DNA of 44,493 bases from Klebsormidium nitens (taxonomy: Eukaryota > Plantae > Klebsormidiophyceae). The position numbers were made by a program, and so were the translations under genes. Of the stretch, positions 9,320 through 21,065 are shown piece by piece (the stretch's first letter is position 1; the number at the start of each line of letters is the position of its first letter). The notes below the pieces were generated by a model. It had not been told where the DNA came from and searched no databases. It saw only the letters and a program-made list of their open reading frames with translations. The stretch covers positions 1 to 44,493 of the forward strand of contig DF237639.1 in assembly GCA_000708835.1 (NCBI GenBank), given 5' to 3'.

Positions 9320-12300
9320 ATGGCGACAGCACAGGCGAGTCAAGTGGACGGAGCAGAGGCTTCTGGTGAGGGCGCAGCACAAGCCCCGCAGGACCGGAAA
9401 AGAGCTCGCGCTAGAGAGTACCTGGACTGCAACTTCAGAGATGCAGAAGGGGTTGACTGTGAATGCCCGTCCTTCTGTCAGCAGCAGGAAGGATTGGAGT
9501 GCTCATCCTGCAAGCACAAGCGGGGCTTCCATGCAGCAGATGAAGGTCTTCCAGAGCACGGCGTAACGAAATGCCTGCACAGTAACTGCCGCTGCCTTGA
9601 ATACGACAAAGAGCCGGGAGGCCCCTCTGTGTGCGTTAACTGCAGGCACTCCATACGAAAGCACACGAGTAAGCTTCAGGCAACATCAGTAGTGCCCTCA
9701 GCTCGTTGTCTTCCCAAGCAGGGCCTTCCACGTGCTTGCCCCGCTTGCTTTGTCTGGGAGCAGGCACTCTCCTGTGCTTCCCTGCTTGCTGAATTCTTGA
9801 GGAGGGACTCTCCTGTGCTTCAAAGCTTGCTGAATGTTTGAAGAGGGACTTTCCTGTGCTCGCCCTGTCTCAAGGGGGCCAACCCTTTCAAATGGCGCTC
9901 AACTGCTTGGCCTTAGCATCACCGCTGGTTCATGCAGAGGTGTTGTTCTGGGTCATGGGCTTTGGGACCAAGATGCACTTCAGGCACGGGACGTCGCGCA
10001 ACCAGGTTCGCCGCGCATTCGAGTGCGCTGGTCACAGGCCTGACCTGGAGCTGCTGGCATTTGAAGACGGGACCCTTGTTCCTGTTGGGGAAGACTTGAC
10101 TGGCGGCTACACGTACACGCTACAAGGAGGTAAATCTACTCGTCTTTGTTTCATGTCAGCCTGGTCCAGGGTCAGCGGGAATGAGGTGGCGCACCTGCGT
10201 TTTGCTTACTTCATCTGACGAAGGCCTTGTGACCGGCCCCCTCAGATACTTGACCACTCGTAAGAGCAGCGGGGTTCAAGTGATTCTGGCACACTCCTGT
10301 TCCTGGGAATGCGACACTGCTCTTCTCATGACTTGGACTGGCTGCATCAATCTGCAGACAAACGACCTGCGCGGGTATGTTCTTGGTCGGGCCCCATTGG
10401 AGAGAGGCCCCAATTTGACGAAATGACAGGCACCTACCCGATTCACAGCAGAGCATGTTCCTTCTCTCGTGTTTCTGTCATTATAATCTGAATGTCCATT
10501 TGCCCAGCATGTGACGCCCAGTCCCCTCCTCCTCTGCAGGTCCGGTCTTCTCCGGGCAGCCCCCCATGATGCACACCCCGTCATCATTCCTTCGACGCAT
10601 GTCGCAAATGGGGCGGCCAGAAGAGTTGGCCACACTCATCCCGGACGCGTGGCGGGAGAAGGTTGACAGGTTTCTGGAGCGAGTCCGGTCAGCGGAGAGC
10701 CGGGAGCACCTGAACAGCCTGCCTCTGACGGAGCTTAAAAACGAGGGGAACCACGGTCTGAAGACCGCGGCGTACGAACGGCTCAAGGAAATCCTGGAGC
10801 ATCTCATGACATACCTTCCAGTCGGTTTCCCTCCCCTCCTCTTAAAGCGAGAACCCACTCTGGCCCTGGGAATCAGCGTTCAAGGCAATAGGACGATGGA
10901 GGGTCGCATTGACCTGGTCGCACTCGACCCAGACTGGGAACTGGCCCGCAGCTGGAAGTCCGCTCTGACGTGGGCGGAGATGAAGGGCACGTCCAAAGGC
11001 CCCCAGCCGGCAGAGAAGGACTACACGGCCCAGAATCTCAGCAGAGGGGGCTCTGTCTTCTGCGCTCGGCGGGATTCGGGAGAGGGGGGGACTCAGGAGT
11101 TGCTCTGTATAGGCACAGACTCACGGAATGCAAGCTTCCTGCGCTACAGCATGCACCTAGCGCAGGAGCTGAGCAGGGGTTACTGGGAAAAGACGAAGCT
11201 CTACAAGTTGTTTGGAGACGACGGGGTTCTCATGGTCAACGGGGAGGGCTGCCGCGAGCTCCTGTACGTGCTGCTTCGCACCTCGGAGGTCATGAAGTGC
11301 AGGGAGGAGCAGAGGTTGCAGCTGGCAGCAGCTGCCGAGCCACAGGACTGGGAGCCCGGGAGGGATGGAGAGGGGGAGCGCGTCCCAGGGGCGCTGCGCA
11401 TTGCTGCGCGGGATGTGGCGACAGGAAGTCTGTCGGGGGGCGCGGGCGGAGTTTGCTTGGCAGGCGCCGAGGCTGCGGAAGTCTCGAGTGGGGCGAGGCG
11501 CATGACTGAGGTGGCCATCACCGGGGTTTTCGATGTGGGCGGTGCCTTGGCTGAGGCATTCAGGGGCTTGGTGGTTGCCCCAGTGTTCACCAGCGGGGAC
11601 CTGGCTGTGGTGCGAGACGACCAGGGGGGAGTGCAGACCTTCCAGGTGGATGGGCCCCCGCTGTCCCAGAGCTCGCGCGGCGCGGTGTACGCAGTGCGGT
11701 CTCTTGATGCACCGGGCACCCCGGCTGCGATCCTGCGGCACGGCCAGTGGACCGAGGGGGGCAGCATGTTTGTGGAGGCGCACACGGTTGCGCTGGAGCG
11801 GCTGCAGGGTGTGCATGGGCACCCCAGGGTCATTTGCAAGGGGGTCGTGGACCAGCCAGGAGGCGGTGAGGGAGGTCGGGCCACGGCGCTGGCGGTGGTT
11901 GAGTCGCATGAGGGGACCAGCGTGCAGCCGGGCTCCTTGGACAAGTACGGTGTCAGCCAGCTGGGGGCGAGCCTCTGCGCCCAGCTCGCAGTGCAGTCAC
12001 AGTGCGGGATCCTGCAGCGTGACCTCACCCTGGACAACGTCCTGGTGCGCGCGAAACGGTCGCCCAGGCCCCCCCGGTCTCCCAACCCCCTCCTGCGCAG
12101 CGTCTCTGTGGCTGACTCTGCCCAAACTTCGCGGAGCAGCGATGAGGGGTTCTTGAGCCTGCACTCCCTCTCTTCGTCCGGAGCGTCCAGCGGGGTTTGT
12201 TCACCGACCAGGCCCCGTCAGACCCACCCCTCTCCCTCGCCTACCAGCCCCCTGCAGACAACCCCGGCACCTCGCCCCGATTTGAGCAACGAGTTTGAAG

Positions 12301-12734
12301 GGCTGACCTTCACGAACTGCGACTTCGACCTGGCGGGGGTGGTCGGGGTGACCGAGCGGTTTGGTTTCCGGTACACAAACACCCCTATCGTCAAGAACAG
12401 CTACTTTCAGCCGCATGCTCTCTTCGTCGAGTACCTCACCGCCGGGGATGTGGCGCTCACGCTGGCGCTTGTGATGGCCACCGCTTATAGTGGCATGGGG
12501 GCTCTTCCTTGGGCGGACAAGGCGGCGGCAGCAGACGAGCACGCCGTGCATGCGGAGCTGCAGAGAGCGCTGACGGATCCATGGCAGCTCTTCGGCCTAG
12601 GGGAGGTGCACCCCCTGGTCGGACAGTTTGTACGCGAGGCCAAGGCGGCCGTGCAGTCGGACGCGCACTGGGAGAGGTGGAGCGCCAGCCTGCAGAAGGC
12701 GGCGGACGAGCTCAGCATCCAGCGGGGTAAGTGA
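9320..12734 (+). CDS. Crinkler/RHS (CR)-like multidomain protein: tandem Cys/His Zn fingers, Ubl-like domain, PD-(D/E)xK restriction-endonuclease-like domain, FunK1-like (possibly pseudo) kinase
   Basis: Exons 9320-9668, 9938-10129, 10540-12734, all phase-1 compatible. Two CxC-xx-F/Y-x(7-8)-CxxCxH-xxx-H units; EGRIDLVA..WAEMK..TAQ (D..ExK..Q); kinase motifs GILQRDLTLDNVLV and CDFDLA. A possible donor at ~12728 means further 3' exons cannot be excluded. Confidence 0.75.
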
Positions 12735-14592
12735 TGGGCCTCAGGTCAGCTCTGTGCATCGAGTTGTGGGCTCCACGGGCCATTTGCTTCCTCAGAATCA
12801 GGTGCGGCAAACATGCATGCGAGCTTCTGACGAGCTGAGAGAGGGGAGTGCGGTGTCCGTTTCCCGTCCTCCAGTCTACTCAAGATGCTACCGCAGATTT
12901 TGATCCTGCGTCTGTTGTGCTCGTCCTCCACTCACAAACAGCTTTTTAATGCCAGGGGTGCGCTGCATGGTAGCATCGTCCACCATGACTGTGGCAGATG
13001 GGCTTGTCGTTTGATAATGGTTTTTTTTGCTCTGGTACCAATTATACCCAACCTCAAATCTTGAAAGGAGGCTGTGTTTGGTTCGATAGCACCACAAGTC
13101 GATCGCTCTTGAGGAAACTCTCCATATTGCGTGCAGCGAGCCCAGGAAAGGGCAGCCGGTCACCCTCGCCGAGGAAGCAGGTCGAAGGTCGGCCACTCTG
13201 ATCGGTTGCGCAATTTGGTCTACCTTGAGTCATCAATGCTCAGCTTTGTTCGTGCAAGATCAATCAGTGACGTATTAGCTGCCTCTATGGCTGAGCGATA
13301 TGGGACTCTCAAAAAGCGATAAATTGAAATTGTTTGTTAGGGCTATCTGGTCTGCATGGCTTGACCCATGAGTTCATAGCTTTGGAATCAAGTGTGACGC
13401 AAATCATGCAACACATTGAAAGCTTTGTGCACACAATGTTCGATCTCATCTATCTTACCTTGCGCGCCACTGCTTGAAAGTATGCTGAGTACGAGTCGTT
13501 TTTCAATCACAATTTAGAATACTTTTGATACATACTTGTGAACATATAATTGATCATTTGAAGACGCAATTGCAGTGCTTTTCAATGCAAAGTGTAGCTT
13601 CAAAAGCCCATGCATGGCCAATGGAGCATCGTATGATAGACAAGTGTACTCTTCAATTTGTTGTGGTCCTATAGGCGGTTTGGCTGGATAGCTTCATCAA
13701 ATGCAACCGGCATATCTAGGTCAACGTTACAAATAAGGTTTGGCTCCCGATGACTCGATTTGTGCATATAGCGATTGCATATGAACGCATATTGATGTGC
13801 GTCAGTAACGTTTGTCCATGAAAATTCATGATGAAGGCGCAATGAAGGGGCATCATTGGGGCAAACACGTTCCGTATAGTGTAACTAACTCTCCATCCTT
13901 CAGATTTGGAAATGTATGTAATCCCTTCCAGACCAACGACGTGTGACTTGCACAAGCGACCTTGAGAGTCTGATGATCAATGACGGAATGGCAGGCGAAA
14001 GGACTGAACGAATATCTACAGTGCGGGATTCCTGTACCGAAGGATGTACTTAAGGTATGCCTACAGTACGAAAACATCAATTCGAAGGATGTACCTAAGC
14101 TGTTGTGAACGCTCGAACCACCTCGATGATCGGCGCTCGACACATTGGACAGGTTTCCGTGGTCTGTTGCAGCTGCCTTGCACAGTTATGGCATGCGCAC
14201 ATGTCTCCACATCTGCAATCAGAAAGGCCCTTGAGAAAGTGGGCGAATATCGCTACTGCTGCTACCGTAATTGCTTTGAAAACCAGCTCTCAGATGAATA
14301 ATGGTGGACTCCACGCTTGGGAAACAGAAGATTCTCGAGGATATAAAGAGGCTCCGTTGCATCCGGAGGCACCCCGTTGAAAATTGTGTCGCATGTTGCA
14401 AGGCGTCAGTATAAAAGCCATGTCAATACTCCGAAGGAGAAAGCGAATGCCACCAGCATACGTATTGGTCCACGAAGGGAGCTCGCTTCCGTGCGGCCTC
14501 TGCAAAGGATGTCGACAAGCTCTGCCGCAATCGCCTACCTGTACATCAGCGAGTCGATCGGGCTCTCACAGCACACGAAGCACACGCCTCTC

Positions 14593-17500
14593 TTAATGGC
14601 AGCGTGACTTGGAACCGTCCAAGTCCGTCTGGTATGCAGCGCTGATCTTGTTGAGCTCCCCGCAGCACACATTGCTGGCTTCCCGTCCGCTTGGGTCCAC
14701 CCTCCACACCGACCCTGTCCAGATGTACCACTTCTCGTTGGAGAAGACGAGCTTGTGGCCGGTGTAGATTTGCAAGCGATCAGTGATCTGCGCGCCACCC
14801 TCGTCACCTGCAGATCAGTGAGACGCTGGGGTGCTGCCCATAAAATCGAACCAAATAATCTGATCGGCCGGCCTAGTACTACAATTTTCGGGCAAGTCCG
14901 GCTAGAATAAAGACCCTGACACTCAGAAAGCAGCCACCCCCACCGTTGAAAGTGACACACTTCAGATCTACGAAGCTCCGAAAGTGTTGTTCGAGGATGA
15001 TTGCTTTCTTCATCCGGCTGATTTTCAACGGTAAAGATGAGCTCGAGAGCGGGCAGAGACCACAGGACGTACTTGGGAGTTCGTCAGAAAGCTGCTAGCC
15101 TGAGGAAGAGTGCATTCCTCTATTGACTCGTTCATCTCCTGTATGGTATCCCGGATTGCCGACTGGTTGATGCACGACAGAATTCAGGAGCGCTTTCTAG
15201 TCTGATAGGCCCAGAATTTGTGCAGGATCACTGGTTTACGAAACCTATGCACGACCATCCTGGCGCGACTCACCTGAGAAGATCGAAAGGTTCTGTTTCA
15301 AGAACCAGAGTGGAAACAGCTCCCGGTCCTCGTACAGTCAATCTCGCTCGCTGTTGAGGTGCTCTGCATCCGAGAACGCGGCCGCTACTGGGAAGGGGAG
15401 CCGACCCAGCTTCTTCTTCGCGCGGCCACTAGCGCTCTGGCACCGCCCACTGTGGCACACGTAGGTGATCTCCGTTCCTCTTCTGAGGAGACCAAAATTG
15501 TTGCTGTTGTGCCCCCGGTCCCCCGGCTTGAGGTGTGGGCACGACTCGCGGCCCCCTGGACCATTCCGAAAGTGGTACATAACAGCCCCTGGACCGGCGA
15601 CCGTGCTCGCTTCCGCGTTGCTGAAGACTGAAGTGTTCTCTCCGTAACTGCTGAGCAGGCCCCACAGGACCTCGACCAACGTCTTGCTACAGAGCAGCAT
15701 CCGCAAGATCCGGCGCCTTGGAGAAAGCGGACGGGGCCTCGACCCCAGACACTTTCTCGACTGCGACCTTGACTTTCATCCGCACTTTCGCCCCCCCAGC
15801 TGCCCTCGAAGCGCGCTCGTTCAGGATCCCGATGACCCAGTCGGGAAGCTGTGGCAGGGCATCTACGGCTGGCAGCTCCCCTCTGCTGGCCGCAGTGTAT
15901 CGCGCGACCTTCTCGCCCCGCTGGTAGGACGAGGGGGGGCACGCTATCATGCCGTTCAAGCTCACGTCCCGCATGTCCACCCCCACTTCCTTGAAGGACT
16001 CCTTCCCCATTTCAGGGTCCCGAGCCCTGAGCTTCAATTTTGCAAAGTGCATCAGGGTGTCTGCGCCCAAACCCGCCTCTAGACTCTTCTCACGCAAGAA
16101 GTATAGGTGAACCCCCCCGCTGCCTGTGCGCACTCGCGGCTCCGTGAACGAACCGTGCTCCCTCTCCCACTCAGCTAGCTGCTCCACGCCCCCGTCCGCA
16201 TGGTCGAAGTCCAGCACGAGAATGCCCGAGGCAGCTGTGTTGACCAGGAGAGTGTTGATAGGGGTTGAAGAAGGGGGGGGCGAGGCAATTGGTGATGGTG
16301 GACGCCGGCCAATCCTTGGGCGGCCTCATGCTCTTTCCGCCCTTCCCGCCCTTGGCGTCGGGGTCCCACTTGGTGTTTGCAGAGAAGACGGCGTATCCTT
16401 TCTCGACCATGCCCCGAGCTGCGGTTGCCTGCAAATGGATCAAAATTCGATTTCAGTTTTTCGGAGGCAGACTTGCGAACCGTTTACGAAATTTCAGCAA
16501 GCGCGAAAACTGCTGTCCGCGCTGTCTGCGCCGTCCATGGAGGGAAATTCGTAGTAGCTCAGGCCTCTACATAGACAGCACGGCTGTCAGCGCTTGTTGG
16601 GCTTCTGAAATGGCACGACATTCAACTAGGAAAAAGGCGGAAGATCATAGGAGTCTAAAAAGCCTTGTCTACGCTGTCCACGTTGTCCATGAAGAGGGAT
16701 CTGTAATTGTTGGTCTTCCTTCATGGACAGTACTGCTGTCAGCACTTGATGAGTTTCCACTGATGCGCAAGTCAGAGGAGAGATGAGGACAAACAAGCCT
16801 CTTGAAAAACCTTGTATATGTTGTCCACGCTGTCCATGAAGGGCGATCTCTAGCAGTAGGGCTTCTTTATTGCATACACAACACCGCTCTCCACACTTAC
16901 TGAACTTTCTGCGATGGAGCCTGCAAAGGACAGCCCTCCAAAAGCACTGCTGTACATGTGAAGAACTCACCATCTGATCTGCTCCGAGTTCCCTCTCTTG
17001 GTCTGCAAGGCGATGATCGTTGACAGAATCGACCGGCTCGAGGCAATCGGCGGCCCTGGCCGTGTCAGAGCAAGTCTCCCCGCCGTCCTCTTCGGAAGGC
17101 TCATCGTCAGCACCTTCGCAATCATCCTCGGCAGAGAATGATGCTCGCTGCGAGAGGGCCTCCAAATCCTGCAGAAATAACCTGAAATCTGAAAGGCTTG
17201 TCCGCGCTGTCCCCGTTGTCCGTGGAAGGAGGTCTAGATAGCTGGCTTCTCTTCATGGACAGTACGCTGTCAGCGCTGAGATCGTAGCGATTTCAAAAGA
17301 TGACTACAAAAGCACGCTTGTGAACTACACCAGGCAGTCAATTGAAAGTCACGAAACGAGAAGTCATGTTCACGTTGTCCTAGCTGACGCCCCTACAAGT
17401 GTGTGCCATTTGAAATGGAAGCGAAGGTCCAGGACTCTGTCCGCGCTGTCCATGTTGTCCATGAAGGGAACTCTCAAACAGGTGACGCTTAGCATAGACA

Positions 17501-17620
17501 GCGATGCTGTCAGCCTCACCGAGTCGTACCTGCCCATGGCTGTCTCAACGTCGACCTCCTCCTCGCAACCATCCCCGCGTGGCTCACTTGTTGCCTCAGC
17601 TGCGGCCCCTACTTCAACAT
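14593..17620 (-). pseudogene. Intron-containing bifunctional Prim-Pol + Zn-binding domain + D5_N primase(-helicase) gene, decayed, helicase part not seen
   Basis: Exons ~17520-17620, 16971-17168, 15274-16428, 14593-14807 with matching phases. Prim-Pol motifs ILVLDFD, RVRTGSGGVHLYF, VDMR..NGMIACPPS..Y..LPDWV. Zn motif RESCPH..HNSNNF..YVCHSGRC. D5_N-like GDEGGAQ..LVFSNEKWYIWTGSVWRVD. Lesions: frameshifts ~16255 and ~15700, in-frame TGA 15338-15340, TAA 14593-14595. Confidence 0.8.
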
Positions 17621-19880
17621 GTTTGCGTTTCCTGCCGCGTCCATGATGGGCGGCGGAGACGTCACACGGAACAGACAGCACAGCGTTTCATCGAAAAAAG
17701 GGATACCCTTGCGCAGCAATCAGCCTCATCAAGAGCTTTTCCCCACAAGACAGCCCTGCTGTCTACCAAGACAAGGACGCGACAAGGAGTTTGTCTGGAT
17801 GGACAGCTCGGACAGCGAAGACGGCTCTTATGATGTGGTCACCGCTTGGGATTACAGTTTACTACATGGCCTTGCCTCCGACGAGATTGGTGACTAGCCA
17901 GCCAAGCAGCATATCAGGGCCTGTTCTTGACGCACACTGCGCAGGGCAGTAGCTCACCTGATCACTGTTCATCTGGTTGCATTGGATGGGCTCTGCCCGT
18001 CTCGGCGATGACAACCTTTCCTTCACAGTCCATTGGCGGCAATCCTCCAGCACCCTGCATGGCATCGCATCATCAGTTAGTGACCTTGATCGATAGTAAG
18101 CAAAGCATCAGGGGGCTGGCCTCGACTCGCCGTCCATTGTGATTAGCTCGGACAGGATCAAGACCAGCTTTCATCTACAAACCGCTCTACATGGACAAGT
18201 TGGACAGCGTAGACACCATGTTTAGAAGCCCTCAGAACTCGGATCGACCGACCCTCTACGTTGACCAGTTGCACCGGTCCATGATGTCAACATCAAGACT
18301 CTTATCTGCTGTACTTGAAGCATGTTTCCAACTCTCAAGCTCACCTGATCGCTACAGTTCCTGTCACTTTCTTCACGAAGGCTTTTTTGAAATGCTTCAA
18401 ACGAGATACTAAAGAGAGTCTGCCTTGCGACTTCGTCTAATAGGCCCTCCATCTGGAAACGAGAAAGAGGGGTCAATGAAAACCATGCCAGTCTAATGCG
18501 TCTTCCACCAACACCGGACACCTCAGCCAAGCCTTCCTACAGACGAGATTTTTCAGCGTCAAATCAAACAACAGCCTGCAGGCAATCACATGAATGCACC
18601 GCTGCAAGAGATGCTTTCACCCTGAGTGAATGTCCACAACAAGTCTGACGCTATATGTGCACCTTTACAATCGTACCTTGGAATGCCTAGCGCTGCTAAG
18701 CTGTGTTGTTCACTGAAGTTCCTCTATTTTGCAAAAATGAAACATGCGATATAGCAGCACAGCGCCTGTGCGCGCTTGGCGCAACCTCAAGAAAGCAACT
18801 ACCTAGATAACAGAACACCAGCTCACAGAAGTCGACCACTCATGGCCAGTCAGCGGTGTCTTAGAGCGCATCTTCTGGCAGCACTGAGGGGACACAATTG
18901 GTGCCGAGCGGTTCAATTCTGGCAGTTCAATCCTGGCAGCATGCACCCTGGCCTTGGCATTGGCCCCCAAATTGGTAGTTGTATACTGGGAATGCAGCTT
19001 GCGGATTTTGTCATCTGATGTTTTCCCAAGTTTGACGTGGGTTGAGAACCTCAGTCACCCCAGGAAAAAGACGCTAGCAGCCTGGCAATGGAAGAGTGCA
19101 CCACCACCTCCAAGAAGCAGAAAGCAGATATACTCAGAAAAGGCCAAGATTGGCGACACTTACCTCAGAGACTCATTCTGTATGCCGCAAAAACCAACGC
19201 TTCATTTTGGTCATGCTTGTCTGAAAGGCTTTGAACTACAGGCTCTGTGTGAGGAGCTTCAAAGCAGGTGCTTCAGTCTGGCAGCATCAGCCGCGGGTCA
19301 GGCGCAATTGGCGCCCATGGGGGGCTTTACTTAGCTGATTCAAGACGGTGGCGGTTCTATCACATACGTCAGCAGTCCTAACGCTCTGATCTAGCTAGAT
19401 GCCAGAAACTCAGACACGGCGAAACATATGCTCTAGACTGCGGCCTACTCCTGGCGCCGCGCCACTTCGATCAGCTGTGCTGCCCAGCCTGTGCTGATGC
19501 TGAGCCTTCAATGAACTGGGCATCCCACCTGCTTCATCAGCCTACTTACGTGGCGAGGCAGTTACAGACTCTGTTTTTGCGAAGTGTATGCCGAGGCAAT
19601 TGAATGCAGATTCTGTTTTCTTCTTTCGGATCTCACGGACGTCCCCTCTGAGCTGTCTAGAGGTCACAAGTCCCTCTTCATGGACAGCGAGCTGTCAGGC
19701 CGCTCGGCGTCCGGTCCCTATTAAGCCGTGTCTCACCGCTGTCTCAGGTAGCCTGGCGTCCGACCAGAATTGTAATATTTAAGCTTATTCGGATTTTCCA
19801 GAGGCGTGTCTGAGCTGTCTGGGCCGTCTATGAAGAGGGCTCGTGAATGATATTCCGTCCCCACGAACAGCATGCTGTCC
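16512..19880. repeat. Dispersed family of ~80 bp structured sites: (TGTCY-N4)x3-ATGAAG..~24 nt variable..CTTCAT-GGACAG-N3/4-GCTGTC
   Basis: Complete forward units ~16512-16591, 16663-16745, 17197-17277, 17436-17515, 19807-19880; reverse unit ~17745-17825; half units ~16811-16845 (+), ~18190-18216 (-), ~19677-19698 (+). Confidence 0.85.
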
Positions 19881-20295
19881 GAGCTCGGACGGAGCGGTTG
19901 GGGAAACCAGGTCTGCCGAAAAGGTCGCGGCGGTGGCCGGTTGGGGGCTGGGGCCGGCGACCGGGGCGCGGCTAACTGCTAGGAGGGGGTACACGTGTAG
20001 CTTTGGGGTTGGTCCCTTTTATGCCGTTCAACAGATGGTTAGTTGGGCTGCGCTGCATATCCACATCATTTCATGTGTGAGTGTGTGTGTTGGTGAACAG
20101 CCTGGTAATATAACGTGGGCGCTGAGGAATGCCAAAAGCTAGCTGTTTTGGACAGCTTTCAACTCGCCAGCTGAAGCAAACGCTTTCTCTAGAGGCTGGA
20201 AATCTGGTGTGGCATTGCTTCATGCTGCTTGCTCGTCACGTCTGCTCACAATTGCGCAGGAATTGCAGGAAGCTGGGCATGATTGTGTCATAACC

Positions 20296-20938
20296 ATGAA
20301 CGATCAGCTGGCAGGCCTGGGGCTGCTGCTCTTCAGCATCAGTGTCTTTGTTTACTACACCCTCTGGGTCATTGTGCTGGTGAGACGGCCTTGCGAACAA
20401 CCGAGTACCATCGCTCATATTGATTGTCTGTATCTGGTTTGTTCAGTCCAAACAAACTATCTTTTCACTGCACCAGAATGGGGCGGTGAGATTGTGTTGG
20501 AGTACTACCAGATAAGATGACTCGAGGACTCCTGTTGTCTCGGCAAGTTTGAGAATTGTGCACCACTAAAGGTCCCCACTTCTGTGATTTATGCCCATAG
20601 AAGTTGCCTGGCATTTGCAACTGTACAAGTTGACTAGCACCTGCTGTGGGAAGATGCTTTCTTTGACAGTCAGGTGTGTTTGCTGCACACCGTAAGCTGG
20701 CGTGCGCCCATCTACTCCAGGACTAGCGCCCGTCAGTGTGCACAGTCTTAAGCTCTCTTTCCTGTGCACACTGCAGCCATTTGTTGACTCCGACCACGCC
20801 GTCCATAGCTACTTCCTTCCGCAAGAGTATGCCATTGCCCTACCAGTGGGGGCCCTTGTGCTGCTTCTGAGCTTCCTCCTGCTCTTCCTGGGGATCCTGA
20901 TGGTTAGAAGCAGGTTAGGAAAGAAGAAGAAAGCCTAG
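20296..20938 (+). CDS. DPM2: Dolichol-phosphate mannosyltransferase regulatory subunit
   Basis: Exons 20296-20379 and 20777-20938: MNDQLAGLGLLLFSISVFVYYTLWVIVL|PFVDSDHAVHSYFLPQEYAIALPVGALVLLLSFLLLFLGILMVRSRLGKKKKA. The YYTxWVIxLPFVD..H..FLP signature, two TM helices and C-terminal KKKKA match DPM2. Confidence 0.93.
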
Positions 20939-21065
20939 AGTACTTGAAGGTCAGAGGCTGGGTTGGAAACCAACTGTGCAAGCGGGGTACAATAGTCCAT
21001 GTCATCTTGGTGTGGGTGCGGAGTACGACTCCCTTGCTCAAGCAGTGGAGGAGCTAGATCCCCCC

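Noticed and set aside
10970-12903. Overlapping ORFs of 116-294 aa on both strands
   Set aside because: GC-rich shadows of the nuclease-kinase exon.
13300-14500. Expected continuation of the D5/SF3 helicase
   Set aside because: No Walker A/B motifs found on the minus strand. An FNGV match near 14375 and a lone TGTCCATGAA at 13813 are too short to support anything.
16512-19880. Repeat array as a CRISPR array
   Set aside because: Units are degenerate, irregularly spaced, in both orientations, in a eukaryotic intron context and with no cas genes.
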